Positions 38,899-49,817 of a stretch of 64,000 nt of DNA are shown in pieces. A program made the translations under genes and the position numbers. Every line of letters starts with the position of its first letter. The stretch's first letter is position 1. The notes beneath the pieces were generated by a model that did not search any database, was not told the origin of the DNA, and was given only the letters and a program-made list of their open reading frames with translations. This stretch comes from Deltaproteobacteria bacterium (GTDB taxonomy: Bacteria; CG2-30-53-67), in assembly GCA_013151235.1 (NCBI GenBank), contig JAADIO010000032.1, positions 2,166 through 66,165 of the forward strand, in the 5' to 3' direction.

Positions 38899-41169
38899 AT
38901 GAAGAAGTTCATTATCATTGCAGTCGGTCTGGTTGTTGTTGTCGTTGTCCTTCTGGCCGGACTGGCGGCGGTCTCGCCCCTTTTCCTGAACAAGTACAAA
39001 GAACCGATCCTGGCCCGGGTGGAAAAGACGATCGACCGGAAGGTTGAACTGGGCGATATCCGCCTGACCCTTTTCACGGGGATCGGGGTGCGTCTGTCCG
39101 ATCTGATCGTGGGCAATGTCGAGGGGTTTCGGAGTGAACCGATGCTGACCATGAAGGGACTCGACCTGAAGGTCAAGCTCCTTCCCCTGCTTCGAAAGAA
39201 GGTTGAAGTGGAGCGGGTCGTTCTCCGGGAACCCAGAATCGTGATCGAAAAGAATGAAGACGGGGTGTTCAATTTCTCGGACCTTGTCGGCGGCGACCGG
39301 TCGGCCCCGCAGGAGTCGAAAGCCCCTCCCGCTTCCGGGACCGATTCCCCCTCGGTCCTGGGCGCTCTGCTGGTCTCCCGGATTCGTATCACCGGGGGAC
39401 GCCTGGCATACTATGATGCAAAAATTCCCGTGTTGCAGGAGGGGGTGAAGATCGAAAACCTGAACCTCAACCTGGAGAATGTCTCACTCGATCGTGCCGT
39501 CTCCTTTTCCCTTTCCTTTGGCATCAACCGCAAGAAGACCGATCTTCAGTTGAGCGGGACCGTCGGCCCGGTGGGGCGGAAGATCGATCTGAAGTCGATG
39601 CCCCTCTCCCTGCAGGTGGCCGTCCACGATTTTGACCTGACCCGGCTTATGCCCTATCTGGGAGAGAATCCGACGGTGATGATTCGGAAGGGGACCGTGG
39701 AGATCACGGGGGACTTGGCCGGGGACCCGGAAACGGGGTTGAATATCAAAACTGAAATGCGGCTCAACGCTTTGACTGTACAGGGTCCTGAAAAAGGGGA
39801 GACGCTGGTTCGGGATCTGAACATGCAGGTCCGCAAGGAGGTGTTGCTGGAACTGAGCAGAAATCGCGTGTTGGTGAAAAAGAACGAGATCAACGTCGGG
39901 TCTGCGACCCTCCGCTTTACCGGAGAGATCAACCACCTGAAAAGTAATCCGGAGCTGGCCCTGAAGATGGAGAGTGATGGGATCCCCCTGGCCGGGTGGG
40001 AGAAATTCTTTCCCGCCCTAAAGGGCGTCGGCCTCGACGGATTGCTTCGGACCGATGGGACGGTGTCGGGGCATCCGTCCGGAAAGATGCAGGTCGTGCT
40101 GAATTTTTCTTTTCCGAACCTGGTGGTTCGGCTCCCGAAGAAAGAACCGGCCGCGGTGCGGGAGGAAAAGGTGGGGACGCTTTTCTTGCCGGGGACGGCT
40201 GCGGCGGCGGAGAGGCCGGAGAAGGAGGCTCCGCAGGGACCGTCCTCTCCCTCTCCCCTTCCTGAGAACATCGACATCAAGGGGGTCGTGGAGGTTGCAA
40301 AAGGAAAGATCGACAACCTGACCTTCTCCCGGCTTCATGCCAATTACGGAAAGGTGGGCAATCGGATCTTCCTGAAGAATCTTTCCGTCCGTGGTTTCGG
40401 CGGGGAGGGGGAGATCAAGGGCGCGGCCGGGATCGACTTCGGAAAGAAGCCTCCGGCCTATCGGACGAACCTTCAGTGCAGTCGGGTTGACCTGTCGGTC
40501 CTCCAGGAAGTCTTTCCCGCGCGGAAGGAGAAGGTCGGAGGTCTCCTCAGTGCGGATCTGAAGGTCGAAGGTGCAGGGTTCGGCATGAAGGAGATTGAAA
40601 AAAATCTCAGCGGCGGCGGGAGTTTCAAGATCGACCAGGGTGCCCTGCAGAATGTAAATATCGAGGAACGGGTCATCAAGACGGTCGCAGAAAAACTCAA
40701 TCTTCCCGTTGTTTCCGTGGCTCGGATGACTGGGGTGGAAATCACTCCGGGGAACCGGACACCTTTTGAGAAGTTGCAGGGGCTCTTCCGGATCGGCGGC
40801 GGTAAAATCGACATCCTCAATGCCATTCTCACCTCACGGGATCACGGGTTCTCCACGACCGGGGTTGTGGGGCTCAACGGAAAGATGGATCTGGCGGCTC
40901 GTATGATCCTGCGCAAGGTGGGAAAGGCCTCGGGGCGGAAATTCACCTACTATCTCGTGGATGAACAGAACCGGAAATACATTCCCTTCAAGGTGACGGG
41001 GGATGTGGCGAGTCCGAAGGTTAAAGTCGATCTTGATGCCCTTATCCGGGGGCAGGCGAAGAGGGCGATCAGGAAGGAAGAAAAGAGATTGGAGGATCGC
41101 CTTGAAAAGAAACTCGGCCCCGGAGGAGGGAAGATATTAAAACCCCTGAAGAGGTTATTCAATTTTTAA
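38899..41169 (+). CDS. AsmA-family outer-membrane assembly protein
   Basis: N-terminal TM 'IIIAVGLVVVVVVLLAGLAAV' is followed by an AsmA N-domain ('ELGDIRLTLFTGIGVRLSDL..LKVKLLPLLRKKVEVERVVL'). 756 aa. Confidence 0.75.
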   Translation: MKKFIIIAVGLVVVVVVLLAGLAAVSPLFLNKYKEPILARVEKTIDRKVELGDIRLTLFTGIGVRLSDLIVGNVEGFRSEPMLTMKGLDLKVKLLPLLRKKVEVERVVLREPRIVIEKNEDGVFNFSDLVGGDRSAPQESKAPPASGTDSPSVLGALLVSRIRITGGRLAYYDAKIPVLQEGVKIENLNLNLENVSLDRAVSFSLSFGINRKKTDLQLSGTVGPVGRKIDLKSMPLSLQVAVHDFDLTRLMPYLGENPTVMIRKGTVEITGDLAGDPETGLNIKTEMRLNALTVQGPEKGETLVRDLNMQVRKEVLLELSRNRVLVKKNEINVGSATLRFTGEINHLKSNPELALKMESDGIPLAGWEKFFPALKGVGLDGLLRTDGTVSGHPSGKMQVVLNFSFPNLVVRLPKKEPAAVREEKVGTLFLPGTAAAAERPEKEAPQGPSSPSPLPENIDIKGVVEVAKGKIDNLTFSRLHANYGKVGNRIFLKNLSVRGFGGEGEIKGAAGIDFGKKPPAYRTNLQCSRVDLSVLQEVFPARKEKVGGLLSADLKVEGAGFGMKEIEKNLSGGGSFKIDQGALQNVNIEERVIKTVAEKLNLPVVSVARMTGVEITPGNRTPFEKLQGLFRIGGGKIDILNAILTSRDHGFSTTGVVGLNGKMDLAARMILRKVGKASGRKFTYYLVDEQNRKYIPFKVTGDVASPKVKVDLDALIRGQAKRAIRKEEKRLEDRLEKKLGPGGGKILKPLKRLFNF

Positions 41170-41250
41170 AGCATGTTCTAAAAGATTCTGGGGGAAAAGG
41201 TGTTGCCGTAAGCCGCCGGGCATATCTCGTCATTCAACAATACTCGGAGT

Positions 41251-41652
41251 GTGAGCATGTCGATCGAACTGAAGGTGGAAGAGGGTTATCGTTTTGCTGT
41301 GACCTGCCGGGAACACACGGTCATCATCGATCAGCCGGTAAAAGAGGGCGGCACGAACCAGGGGATGGATCCGGTGGAGCATTTCATTACATCTCTCTCC
41401 GGTTGTGTCGGTTTTTATGCTGTAAACTTTATGAACCGGAAAAAGATCACAACCGGCGGGTTTCGGGTGACGGCGGACTGGGAGATGGCGAAGAATCCTT
41501 ACCGGATCGGAAAAATCCGAATGACCCTCCATCTTCCTGCGGGCTTTCCCGCGGAGCAGCAGGAGGCGCTGCTGGCCGTCTGCCGAGGTTGTACACTCCA
41601 TCATACATTAGAACAGGGGCCGGTTACGGAATATGCAATCCGTGAGGGGTGA
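41251..41652 (+). CDS. OsmC/Ohr-family peroxiredoxin-like protein
   Basis: 133 aa with an OsmC fold. Conserved Cys are in 'LSGCVGFY' and 'CRGCTLH'. Confidence 0.7.
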   Translation: MSMSIELKVEEGYRFAVTCREHTVIIDQPVKEGGTNQGMDPVEHFITSLSGCVGFYAVNFMNRKKITTGGFRVTADWEMAKNPYRIGKIRMTLHLPAGFPAEQQEALLAVCRGCTLHHTLEQGPVTEYAIREG

Positions 41653-41679
41653 TGATTTCCCGATCATTCAGTTTTCCAT

Positions 41680-44232
41680 GTGTTGCGGAAACTTGAAGTT
41701 TGGCGGGTCGCCCTGTATACTCGGATTATGGGGTTGACAATGCACCATCAGTCGGGCCGGCTTCTGGAGATCCTGGACAGTCTGAATATTCCGCTCCTTC
41801 TTCTGGATTCCTCCGGCAAAGTGAAGTCCCACAACGGTATGGTCGAGGAGATCTTCGGGTATTCCTCCGCCGATCTGATCGGTCTTCCCTCGAATAACCT
41901 GATTGCACGATTCATAGCGTCCGAAAGTCCGGTCGGCGTCTCCTCTTCGTCCCCCGATCCTTTCCATGCAGATCTTTCTTCCCCCCTGCAACGGGAGGTG
42001 ACCTGCCGGAGAAAAAACGGTGGGGAATTCCCCGCACAGGTGACTTTCATCCCCTGGGGGGACGGGACCTTCCGGTTGATGGCGGTTCAGGATGTCTCCG
42101 GTCAACGGCGTCTGGAACAGCGTGCCACCCAGCGGACCAAGGAACTGACTCTCTTTAATACCTTCGCAGAGATCTTAAGCCGCGGTGGAAAACCCCGCGC
42201 GCTCCTGCAGGAGACCGTCGATATGCTTCCCGGGATCTTGGGGATTAAGGCCGCGATGATTCACCTACAGGATCAAGAGACCGGGAATCTTGTCCCCGCG
42301 GCCCGGCAGGGATTTGACGCTTCCTTTCTGGCTTCGGTAGGGGAGGTGGAACCGGGACAGGGGTTGTTCGGGAAGGTCCTGACCTCCGGGCTGCCTCTCC
42401 TCGTGGAGAAGGCCTCCGAGGATCCCCGAACGCTCAATTTTGATCTGCATCAGAGCGGTCTTCAAAGCTTTGCCTCCGTACCGGTTTCTTCAAAAGGCGC
42501 CGTCCGGGGGGTCCTGACCGTGGCGAGCCGGCGGGTCTCCTCTTTTACCGCCATGGACATGCAACTTCTTGATGCCCTCGGGAGCCAGTTGGGGATCGCC
42601 ATTGAGAATGCGGAACTGATTGCCCAGCTCAAAGAGAAGATGAACCAGATCGCCCTGACCAATGAATTGAGCGGGACGATCAATTCCAGCCTGAGTATCG
42701 GCACGATCTTCCGGATGATGGTTTCGGAAATCCGGAAGTTGATTGAATACGACCGTGCCGGCCTCTTGCTCTACGATGAGAAGAAGGGGAACCTGTTGAT
42801 CTTCGCCCTCGATACGGGGCTGAAGACGGAGATGACCCGGGGGGTTAAGGCACCCATCGAGGGGACCTCGGCCGGTTGGGCCTTAAAGCATAACCGGCCA
42901 TGGATCAATCGGGACCTGCTCTCGGAGATGCTCTTCCCGCTAGACGGAAAGCTGCGCGACGAGGGGATTCGCTCGACTATCAGCATTCCTTTGACCCAGG
43001 AGAAGAGGCTCGGCGTATTCAACCTCGATAGTCGGGAGGCGGCAAAGTATTCGGAAACGGATCTGCAGATCCTTCTGCCGGTGGCGAAACAGATCTCCAT
43101 CGCGCTGGAGAATGCCCTCCTCTTCGAGGAGATCTCGAGGGAAAAGAAGGAGTGGGAGAAGACCTTTGATGCATTTACGGACATGGTTTGGATCGACGAT
43201 CATCGTCAGCGGATCCTTCGGGCGAATCAAGCCCTGCTCCAGGGGGCAGAGGTGACCATGGCGGGGCTTTCGGACCTCCATTGCGCGAATCTGCTCGACC
43301 GGCTCGGCGTCGGTCCTTCCTGTCTGTGCTGCGAGACCGTAACCACGCAGCGCCAGACCTTCCGGGAGGTTCATGGGCGAGAGGGAAAGATCTTCCATTT
43401 CTGGGCTTATCCTCTCCTCGACGATGAGGGACAGCTCTATGCCGTCCTTCACTATCTCAAGGATGTGACGGAACGCAAAAGGCTGGAACAGCAGCTTCTC
43501 CGGGCGGACAAGCTTGCTTCCCTGGTGACGCTGGTGGCGGGAATCGCTCATGAGATCAACAACCCGCTCGGGATTATCGCCGGTTATGCCGAGGCCCTCC
43601 TTGATCGTGCCGGAGATCCTGCTCTTCGGGGGATGGAAGCCTTTGAGGATTTTCCCGAGTATCTGGATACCATCCACAAGGAGATCTTTCGCTGCAAGGA
43701 GACCCTGGGAAGTCTCCTGGAGTTTGCCCGGCCCCACGGGAGAAAGTCCCGGGAACTCGATATCAATGAACTGCTCAAAGAAGTGATCCTCCTGGTGAAT
43801 CACAAGGCCAAACGTCTTCACTGCCGGATTGAGCATCAGCTCAACCGGGAACTGCCGAAGATCTGTGCCGAACCGGGGAGTCTGCGACAACTCTTCATGA
43901 ATATCATCATTAATTCCCTCTACCATACGCCGGAAGGGGGAAAGATCGAGATTACGACGGAACTCAACCGGAACGATCCGAAAGAGATGATCCAGGTGGC
44001 GATTCGTGACACCGGTCCGGGGATCCGACACGAGGTGATCGACAAGATTTTTGATCCCTTCTTTACGACCAAACCGGTCGGGGAGGGGACCGGATTGGGG
44101 CTTTCCATCTGTCACAAAATTGCAGAGGAACACAACGGGGTGATCGATGTCGAAAGTGAGGTCGGCCGCGGCACGACCTTCTTTATCAAGCTGCCTGCGA
44201 AAGGGAACCATGGCCCGGATACTTGTCGTTGA
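41680..44232 (+). CDS. cytoplasmic sensor histidine kinase (PAS-GAF-GAF-PAS-HisKA-HATPase_c)
   Basis: H-box '[11 protein letters not shown]'. N, G1 and G2 boxes 'DTGPGI', '[10 protein letters not shown]'. No TM segments. Confidence 0.85.
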   Translation: MLRKLEVWRVALYTRIMGLTMHHQSGRLLEILDSLNIPLLLLDSSGKVKSHNGMVEEIFGYSSADLIGLPSNNLIARFIASESPVGVSSSSPDPFHADLSSPLQREVTCRRKNGGEFPAQVTFIPWGDGTFRLMAVQDVSGQRRLEQRATQRTKELTLFNTFAEILSRGGKPRALLQETVDMLPGILGIKAAMIHLQDQETGNLVPAARQGFDASFLASVGEVEPGQGLFGKVLTSGLPLLVEKASEDPRTLNFDLHQSGLQSFASVPVSSKGAVRGVLTVASRRVSSFTAMDMQLLDALGSQLGIAIENAELIAQLKEKMNQIALTNELSGTINSSLSIGTIFRMMVSEIRKLIEYDRAGLLLYDEKKGNLLIFALDTGLKTEMTRGVKAPIEGTSAGWALKHNRPWINRDLLSEMLFPLDGKLRDEGIRSTISIPLTQEKRLGVFNLDSREAAKYSETDLQILLPVAKQISIALENALLFEEISREKKEWEKTFDAFTDMVWIDDHRQRILRANQALLQGAEVTMAGLSDLHCANLLDRLGVGPSCLCCETVTTQRQTFREVHGREGKIFHFWAYPLLDDEGQLYAVLHYLKDVTERKRLEQQLLRADKLASLVTLVAGIAHEINNPLGIIAGYAEALLDRAGDPALRGMEAFEDFPEYLDTIHKEIFRCKETLGSLLEFARPHGRKSRELDINELLKEVILLVNHKAKRLHCRIEHQLNRELPKICAEPGSLRQLFMNIIINSLYHTPEGGKIEITTELNRNDPKEMIQVAIRDTGPGIRHEVIDKIFDPFFTTKPVGEGTGLGLSICHKIAEEHNGVIDVESEVGRGTTFFIKLPAKGNHGPDTCR

Positions 44233-45574
44233 CGACGAAGAACCCTTTCGTCGCCTGCTGAAAAAAGAACTGACCCGGAAAGGGTTTTCCGTTGAGGTGG
44301 CCCCGGAAGGGGAAACGGCGCTGAAACTTTTGAAGGAGAGTGTCTTTGATCTGCTTCTCCTCGATGTTCTGATGCCGGGACTGGACGGAATTTCCGTGAT
44401 GAAACGGCTGCGTAAGGACCCGACGGCGCCGCCGGTGATCGTCTTGACGGGGAAGGCCACGATTGAAACGGCGGTCGAGGCGATGAAGAACGGCGCCTAT
44501 GACTATCTGACGAAACCCTACAAGCTTGATGAGTTGGAAATCGTCATCAACCGAGCCTGTGAATTCGGGAATTTGAAACACAAAAGCCGGGTACTTGAGC
44601 AGGAGCTGGTTCGAAAAGAATCCAAGGTTGAATTTATCGGGGAAAGCCCGCAGTTCCAGGCGATTTTGACGCTGATTCGCAAGATCGCCCCCACCGACTC
44701 CACGGTTCTTATCCAGGGGGAAAGCGGCACCGGCAAGGAGTTGGTGGCGAATGCCATCTGGCATCACAGCCGTCGGAATAATCTGCCTCTTATCGCCCTG
44801 AACTGTGCCACCCTTTCCGAAACCCTCATGGAATCGGAACTTTTCGGACATGAAAAAGGCGCCTTTACCACGGCTTACCGGACCAAGTACGGTATCGTAG
44901 AGGTTGCCGATAAGGGGACCCTCTTCCTGGATGAGGTGGCCGAGATGCCGATGGGACTCCAGGCCAAGCTCCTCCGCTTTCTTGATCGGGGGGAGTTCCG
45001 TCGTGTGGGCGGAAACAAGACCTTGCAGGTCGATGTCCGGATGATTGCTGCGACCAACAAGAATCTGGAGGAACGGGTTCGGCGGAAAACCTTTCGGGAA
45101 GATCTTTTCTATCGCCTCCATGTGATTAATATCAAGATTCCGCCGCTTCGCGAACGTCCGGAGGATATCCGGGACATTGCCCTTCATTTTGCCAAACAAT
45201 ATTCCCGCAAAATAGGAAAGTCGGTCTGGAAGATTGACGCCGATGCCCTGGGGATTCTCCGGCGTTATGCCTGGCCGGGAAATGTTCGGGAGCTGGAAAA
45301 TGAAATCGAGCGGAGTGTGATCCTCTGTGAAGGCGAGGCGATCGGTGTCCACGACCTTTCGATCGCCGATCGGGTTGCAACGCCCACCTCCGGGACGCAG
45401 CCGATGCTGGAGGAGATCGAGAAGGAGTGTATCCTCAGGGTCCTCCGGGAGACCGGCGGCAACCAGACCCGGGCCAGCAAAATCCTCGGCATCAACCGTA
45501 AAACCCTCTACCTAAAACTTCGCAAATACGGTGCACTTACATCGCAGGATAGCGAGATTCCCCCTGAGGTATAG
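44210..45574 (+). CDS. sigma-54-dependent response regulator (NtrC family: REC, AAA+ and Fis-type HTH)
   Basis: Receiver '[21 protein letters not shown]'. Walker A 'GESGTGKE', GAFTGA-like 'GAFTTA', R-finger. C-terminal HTH 'NQTRASKILGINRKTLYLKLRKYG'. The start overlaps the histidine kinase stop. Confidence 0.9.
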   Translation: MARILVVDDEEPFRRLLKKELTRKGFSVEVAPEGETALKLLKESVFDLLLLDVLMPGLDGISVMKRLRKDPTAPPVIVLTGKATIETAVEAMKNGAYDYLTKPYKLDELEIVINRACEFGNLKHKSRVLEQELVRKESKVEFIGESPQFQAILTLIRKIAPTDSTVLIQGESGTGKELVANAIWHHSRRNNLPLIALNCATLSETLMESELFGHEKGAFTTAYRTKYGIVEVADKGTLFLDEVAEMPMGLQAKLLRFLDRGEFRRVGGNKTLQVDVRMIAATNKNLEERVRRKTFREDLFYRLHVINIKIPPLRERPEDIRDIALHFAKQYSRKIGKSVWKIDADALGILRRYAWPGNVRELENEIERSVILCEGEAIGVHDLSIADRVATPTSGTQPMLEEIEKECILRVLRETGGNQTRASKILGINRKTLYLKLRKYGALTSQDSEIPPEV

Positions 45575-45662
45575 TACCCCGCATGGCGGGGTAATTTTCC
45601 CCGCCTTAGATCTTCTCCTCTTTGGGAAATTCAACATTAACTTTCTTAAATCAACAGGTTAA

Positions 45663-46070
45663 ATGTTTGATGCTGTTATGGCATGGGATTTGCTGTTCTA
45701 TTACGGTATGAACGATATCCTTTTATGCTCATCGGATCCGATCTTCATAAAGAATCTCTACGGGATTCTCCGGGAGGACGGTTACCGTGTCGATATTGCC
45801 GGCCATGCGTCTATGGCCGTCCGGATGGTTTTTGAAAAGAGTTTTGCAGCGGTGATCCTCGATTCCGATGCTGTCGGTATGTCTTCGGGGGAGGCTGCAC
45901 GTATCATTTTGAGAGTCATCTCGGGGATCCCTGTAATTCTTGCAGGGGAAAGTCTGTTACCCGAGGGGGCGTTTTCGATCAGCAAACCTCTGGATCTGGA
46001 GGAGGTCCTGGAGGTTCTTCGAACCGTTCGTTTAATTCATTTTCCGGAAAGGAGTGTGAGCGGCCTATGA
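45663..46070 (+). CDS. stand-alone CheY-like receiver domain protein (possibly atypical)
   Basis: Receiver-like pattern 'ILLCSSDP' (acidic pocket degenerate), 'AVILDSD', 'PVILAGE', 'SKPLD'. The stop overlaps the start of the next gene. Confidence 0.4.
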   Translation: MFDAVMAWDLLFYYGMNDILLCSSDPIFIKNLYGILREDGYRVDIAGHASMAVRMVFEKSFAAVILDSDAVGMSSGEAARIILRVISGIPVILAGESLLPEGAFSISKPLDLEEVLEVLRTVRLIHFPERSVSGL

Positions 46071-47098
46071 CACCACGAGAGATTATTTTGCAGGCCTTTG
46101 AAGGGGGGAAGCCCGAGCGGGTGCCGGTTTCTCTCTTCGGTGCCGGCATGTGGAGCATCAAGAGTTTTGAAAGCAGTTTCGAGGAGTTGTCGACCGATGC
46201 AGCGAAGATGTCGGATATGTTGGTGACCCTGTCGGACAAACTGTTGTGTGATATTGTCTATGCCGGCTCCGGGTACAACAACTTTCACGCCGCTGCGTTC
46301 GGCGGGGAGATCAAGTTTCGTTCCATGGGAGCGCCGGATCTGAAGGAACATCTCGTTTCCTCCGTGGAGGACATTGAAAAATTTGATCTATCGGCGCTCG
46401 ACAATGAAGCGACCCTCAATATCGTCAAGGATGCCCTGCATCGTACACGGGAACAGATCGGTGACAAATATGTGGTGAGCATGACGGCCTGGGGACCCTT
46501 TACCCTCGGGGCACGTTTCGTCGGGGAAGAGACGATGATGAAGGCGACCTTCAAGAATCCCGACCTGGTCCACCGGGTCACTGATTTTGCAACGGACCTT
46601 CTGATCCATCTTTATGAACCCCTGGTTGATGACGGGACGCTGGAAGTGATCAGTCTGGCCGATCCGACGGCCTCGGGGGACCTGATTTCCCGCAAGCAGT
46701 TTGAAAAGTTTGCCGTTCCCTACCTGAAAAAGTTTACCGACTGGGCCAGATCGAAGAAGGCGTATACCCTCCTGCACATTTGCGGGAATACGACGGACCG
46801 CCTGGATGTGATGCCCGGGACCGGGGCGAGCTGTATCAGCCTGGATCACAAAACCGATATCGGGAAGGCCTATGAGGCACTCCACGGAAGGATCTGTTTT
46901 GCCGGCAATGTGGATCCTGTCGGTGTCATGCTTCAGGGCTCGGTCGACGATGTGGAGAGGGCCTGCCGGGAGGTGATCGAAAGGGCCGGCACGGAGGGGG
47001 GGTTCGTTCTCATGCCGGGATGCGATATTCCGCCGACCGTCCCTTATGAAAATATTCGGAAATTCATCCAGGTCGCGCGGGAGTGGAAATTGACATAA
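46067..47098 (+). CDS. uroporphyrinogen-decarboxylase-family methyltransferase (MtaA/MtbA-like methylcobamide:acceptor or substrate:corrinoid methyltransferase)
   Basis: 343 aa, URO-D/MtaA TIM-barrel family. Conserved His/Cys/Glu zinc-site region around 'HICGNTTDRLD..'. Confidence 0.75.
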   Translation: MTPREIILQAFEGGKPERVPVSLFGAGMWSIKSFESSFEELSTDAAKMSDMLVTLSDKLLCDIVYAGSGYNNFHAAAFGGEIKFRSMGAPDLKEHLVSSVEDIEKFDLSALDNEATLNIVKDALHRTREQIGDKYVVSMTAWGPFTLGARFVGEETMMKATFKNPDLVHRVTDFATDLLIHLYEPLVDDGTLEVISLADPTASGDLISRKQFEKFAVPYLKKFTDWARSKKAYTLLHICGNTTDRLDVMPGTGASCISLDHKTDIGKAYEALHGRICFAGNVDPVGVMLQGSVDDVERACREVIERAGTEGGFVLMPGCDIPPTVPYENIRKFIQVAREWKLT

Positions 47099-47251
47099 GG
47101 CGAAGAGGGGGTAGTAAGTCCGTGTTGTTCAGGTCCCATTGACCTTGTGAGAGAGGGGGTTGTGATGGGTACATTCTGGGAAAATCTCAAAAATATGTTT
47201 GTGCGGACTGTTCCTCCGGGAGCAGCCGGGCAATCGCAGAAAGGAGCTGCC

Positions 47252-47698
47252 ATGGCTGACGAAAAGAAGATGACGCTGGAAGAAGTAAATCAGTATATGC
47301 AGGAAAAGTGCGGGTTCGTGCCGAGGATGTTCAAGATTATCAATACCGTGACGCCGGAGCCCGGCCGAACCTTTGCCGATTTCTACGCGAGCATTTTCGG
47401 GGAGGGCGCACTTTCCAAGAGCGTCAAGGAATTGATGTTCATGTCCGGTGGTGTCGCCTACTGTTCGCCTCGCTGCATCATTCATGTCGTACCGGCGATC
47501 AATGCCGGTGCAACGTCGGAACAGGTCTTCGAGGCGGCGTCCGTCGGGATGATCCTGGCCGGTTTTGTCCCGAACGGTCCGGGAATTCCCTATGCCTTTG
47601 AATATGCCTTGAAGTGCATTGACATCGACACGAAGTTCCGGAAGGGCGAGGAGTGGGAATACCTGCCGCCCCCGAAATTTGATCACGGGATTTACTGA
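47252..47698 (+). CDS. carboxymuconolactone decarboxylase / AhpD-like family protein
   Basis: 'YCSPRCIIH' is an AhpD-like CxxxxH motif. A strong RBS 'AAAGGAG' precedes the ATG at 47252. The longest ORF, from 47147, is less likely. Confidence 0.6.
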   Translation: MADEKKMTLEEVNQYMQEKCGFVPRMFKIINTVTPEPGRTFADFYASIFGEGALSKSVKELMFMSGGVAYCSPRCIIHVVPAINAGATSEQVFEAASVGMILAGFVPNGPGIPYAFEYALKCIDIDTKFRKGEEWEYLPPPKFDHGIY

Positions 47699-47775
47699 GC
47701 GCTTCAGCCGCGGGAGGGGGGAATCCCCCCTCTTTTGCCCCCCTCCTGCGGATTTTACCCATTTTTAATTTAAGG

Positions 47776-48747
47776 ATGATACATATGTTCACCTTTGAAA
47801 CGGAACAAAAGGTTTGCAAGATCGGCGGATTAAAGGTTGGAGGCCGACCGGCGGAAAATCCCCCTCTCCTGATTGCCTCCATGTTTCATAACAAGGACCG
47901 AATCCTGCAGGATCGTAAAGGGAATTTCGACCGCGTCCGGGCGACAGAACTGATCCGGAAGCAGGAAGAGCTGACCGAAGCCACCGGCATTCCCGGTATG
48001 GTGGCCATGATGGCCAATTCCGCCGGGGAAGCAAAGATCTATATCGATTTCTTTGTGGAAACCACCGACATGCCCTTCGCCATCGATATGTGGGTTGCCG
48101 AGAAACGGATGGCCGCGACGGAATATGTGGCGAAGTTAGGTCTGCAGGACCGGTTTGTCTATAACAGTATTACCCCCTGGGACAAGGACATTCCGGGGCA
48201 GGTGCAGCGGGTCAAAGAGCTCGGCATCAAACACGTATTTGTCCAGGCCTTTGATGATGCCGATCAGTCTCCGAAAGGACGGCTGACCTCATTGGAAAAA
48301 TTGCTTGATCAGGGAGCGGGTGATTTCGAGTCGGTCCTTGTCGATTCCTCGGTGATGAATCTTCCCGCTGCCTCTTTCTCCATGCTGGCAAACCGGATGA
48401 TCAAAGAGAAGTTAGGGCTCCCCTGCGGAAGCGCCTATTCCAATGGCACCCACATGTGGAAAGAGGCCAAGGAGATCTGGGGGCTCGACGGTTTCAAGGC
48501 GATGGATGCTGTGGCCCAGGGGATGTCGACGGCCCTCTGGTCGGATTTTAATTTTTACGGTCCCATCGTGACGGCGCCCCGGATCTTCCCCGGTGTGGCC
48601 ACGGCAAACATCCTGCTTTCGACCCTGGTCTTTGATGAAACCGGGGAGGTCTCGGAAAATGAAGACCTGCCGATCCGGAAGCACTTTTCGGAATTTCTTG
48701 AGAAGATGATCGCCGGTGGTGCAAGAAAAAAGGCGCAGGCCCGATAA
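47776..48747 (+). CDS. MtrH-family pterin-binding methyltransferase (methyl-H4folate/H4MPT:corrinoid methyltransferase)
   Basis: N-terminus 'MFTFETEQKVCKIGGLKVGGRPAENPPLLIASMF' matches the archaeal MtrH N-terminus. 323 aa. Confidence 0.7.
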   Translation: MIHMFTFETEQKVCKIGGLKVGGRPAENPPLLIASMFHNKDRILQDRKGNFDRVRATELIRKQEELTEATGIPGMVAMMANSAGEAKIYIDFFVETTDMPFAIDMWVAEKRMAATEYVAKLGLQDRFVYNSITPWDKDIPGQVQRVKELGIKHVFVQAFDDADQSPKGRLTSLEKLLDQGAGDFESVLVDSSVMNLPAASFSMLANRMIKEKLGLPCGSAYSNGTHMWKEAKEIWGLDGFKAMDAVAQGMSTALWSDFNFYGPIVTAPRIFPGVATANILLSTLVFDETGEVSENEDLPIRKHFSEFLEKMIAGGARKKAQAR

Positions 48748-48780
48748 TCGATAACCCTAATATCAGAAGGAGAAAACGTT

Positions 48781-49803
48781 TTGACGGAAACCATGACATC
48801 AAGAGAACGGGTACTGAGACTGTTTCGGGGGGAACCGACGGATCGTCCGGCCTGTTTCAGCGGGATGGGTAATGCGACAACGGAAGGGCTGAACCAGCTC
48901 GGCTACAAGTTTGCCCAGGTTCATCTCGATGCGAAACAGATGGCGGAGACGGCCATGACGACGCCCCGGCTTTTCGGGTTTGACGCCTGCGTCCTTCCGT
49001 TTGACCTCTGTGTCGAAGCGGAAGCGATGGGCGCAAGGATCAATACCTATTCGAACTCGGACGACCTGCTCTATCCCACGATCAAAGAGAAGGTAATCCA
49101 TGGCGAAGAGGAGATGGAGATCAACCTCCCCTCCGACCTGGTCACGCGCGGGCGGATCCCCCTCATGAAGGAGGCGATCGGGATCGCCAGGGAAACCATC
49201 GGAGAGACCGTGGCGATCGGTTCTTACCTGCTCGGACCGTTTACGCTCGCCGGTCAGATCATGGAACTGAACGATCTGCTGAAACTTTCTTTCAAGAAAC
49301 CGGACAAGGTCGGGAAACTTCTGGCCGATCTGACCTGCGTGATCGTGGCGGTTGCGAAGGAGTATGAAGCGGCCGGTGTTGACTACCTGACGGTACGGGA
49401 GATGGGTGCAACCTCCGACGTGTTGAGCCCCAGGGTTTTCAAGAGCCTGATACTGCCCCATCTCAAGAATATTTTCGAACAGATCAGTGTTCCCAGTGTG
49501 CTGCATATCTGCGGCAAGACGAACAACATCGTCGTTCCGATGGTGGAAACGGGTGCGACGGCCATCAGTGTTGACCAGAAGAATGATGTGGTCGACAGCC
49601 GGAAAAAGCTCGGATCCGATGCCCTGATTTTCGGGAACTACGACCCCTATAACGTGCTTGTTTCGGGTACGCCGGAACTGGTCAAAGAGGCGATGCAAAA
49701 GTGTTTGGAAGACGGCGTCAGTGCCGTCTGGCCCGGCTGTGATATCTGGCCCACGGTGCCGGCGGAGAATTTTAAGGCCATGATGGAAACCATGAATGAA
49801 TAG
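48781..49803 (+). CDS. second URO-D/MtaA-family methyltransferase
   Basis: Paralog of 46067..47098 with the same length and fold. Contains 'HICGKTNN'. Confidence 0.75.
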   Translation: MTETMTSRERVLRLFRGEPTDRPACFSGMGNATTEGLNQLGYKFAQVHLDAKQMAETAMTTPRLFGFDACVLPFDLCVEAEAMGARINTYSNSDDLLYPTIKEKVIHGEEEMEINLPSDLVTRGRIPLMKEAIGIARETIGETVAIGSYLLGPFTLAGQIMELNDLLKLSFKKPDKVGKLLADLTCVIVAVAKEYEAAGVDYLTVREMGATSDVLSPRVFKSLILPHLKNIFEQISVPSVLHICGKTNNIVVPMVETGATAISVDQKNDVVDSRKKLGSDALIFGNYDPYNVLVSGTPELVKEAMQKCLEDGVSAVWPGCDIWPTVPAENFKAMMETMNE

Positions 49804-49817
49804 TCAGGAGGCATGGA

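Noticed and set aside
42940-44460. 506-aa minus-strand ORF
   Set aside because: It is antisense to the histidine kinase, which has clear H/N/G boxes. Spurious.
44186-45352. 388-aa minus-strand ORF
   Set aside because: It is antisense to the NtrC-family regulator, which has Walker A, GAFTGA-like and HTH motifs.
41680-45574. Assignment of the histidine kinase/NtrC pair as PrsK/PrsR (the PEP-CTERM system two-component system)
   Set aside because: PrsK is a polytopic membrane kinase, whereas this kinase is cytoplasmic PAS-GAF. The sigma-54 regulator may still act on PEP-CTERM promoters, but the specific family call is not supported by what I can see.
48799-49698. 299-aa minus-strand ORF
   Set aside because: It is antisense to the second MtaA-like gene.
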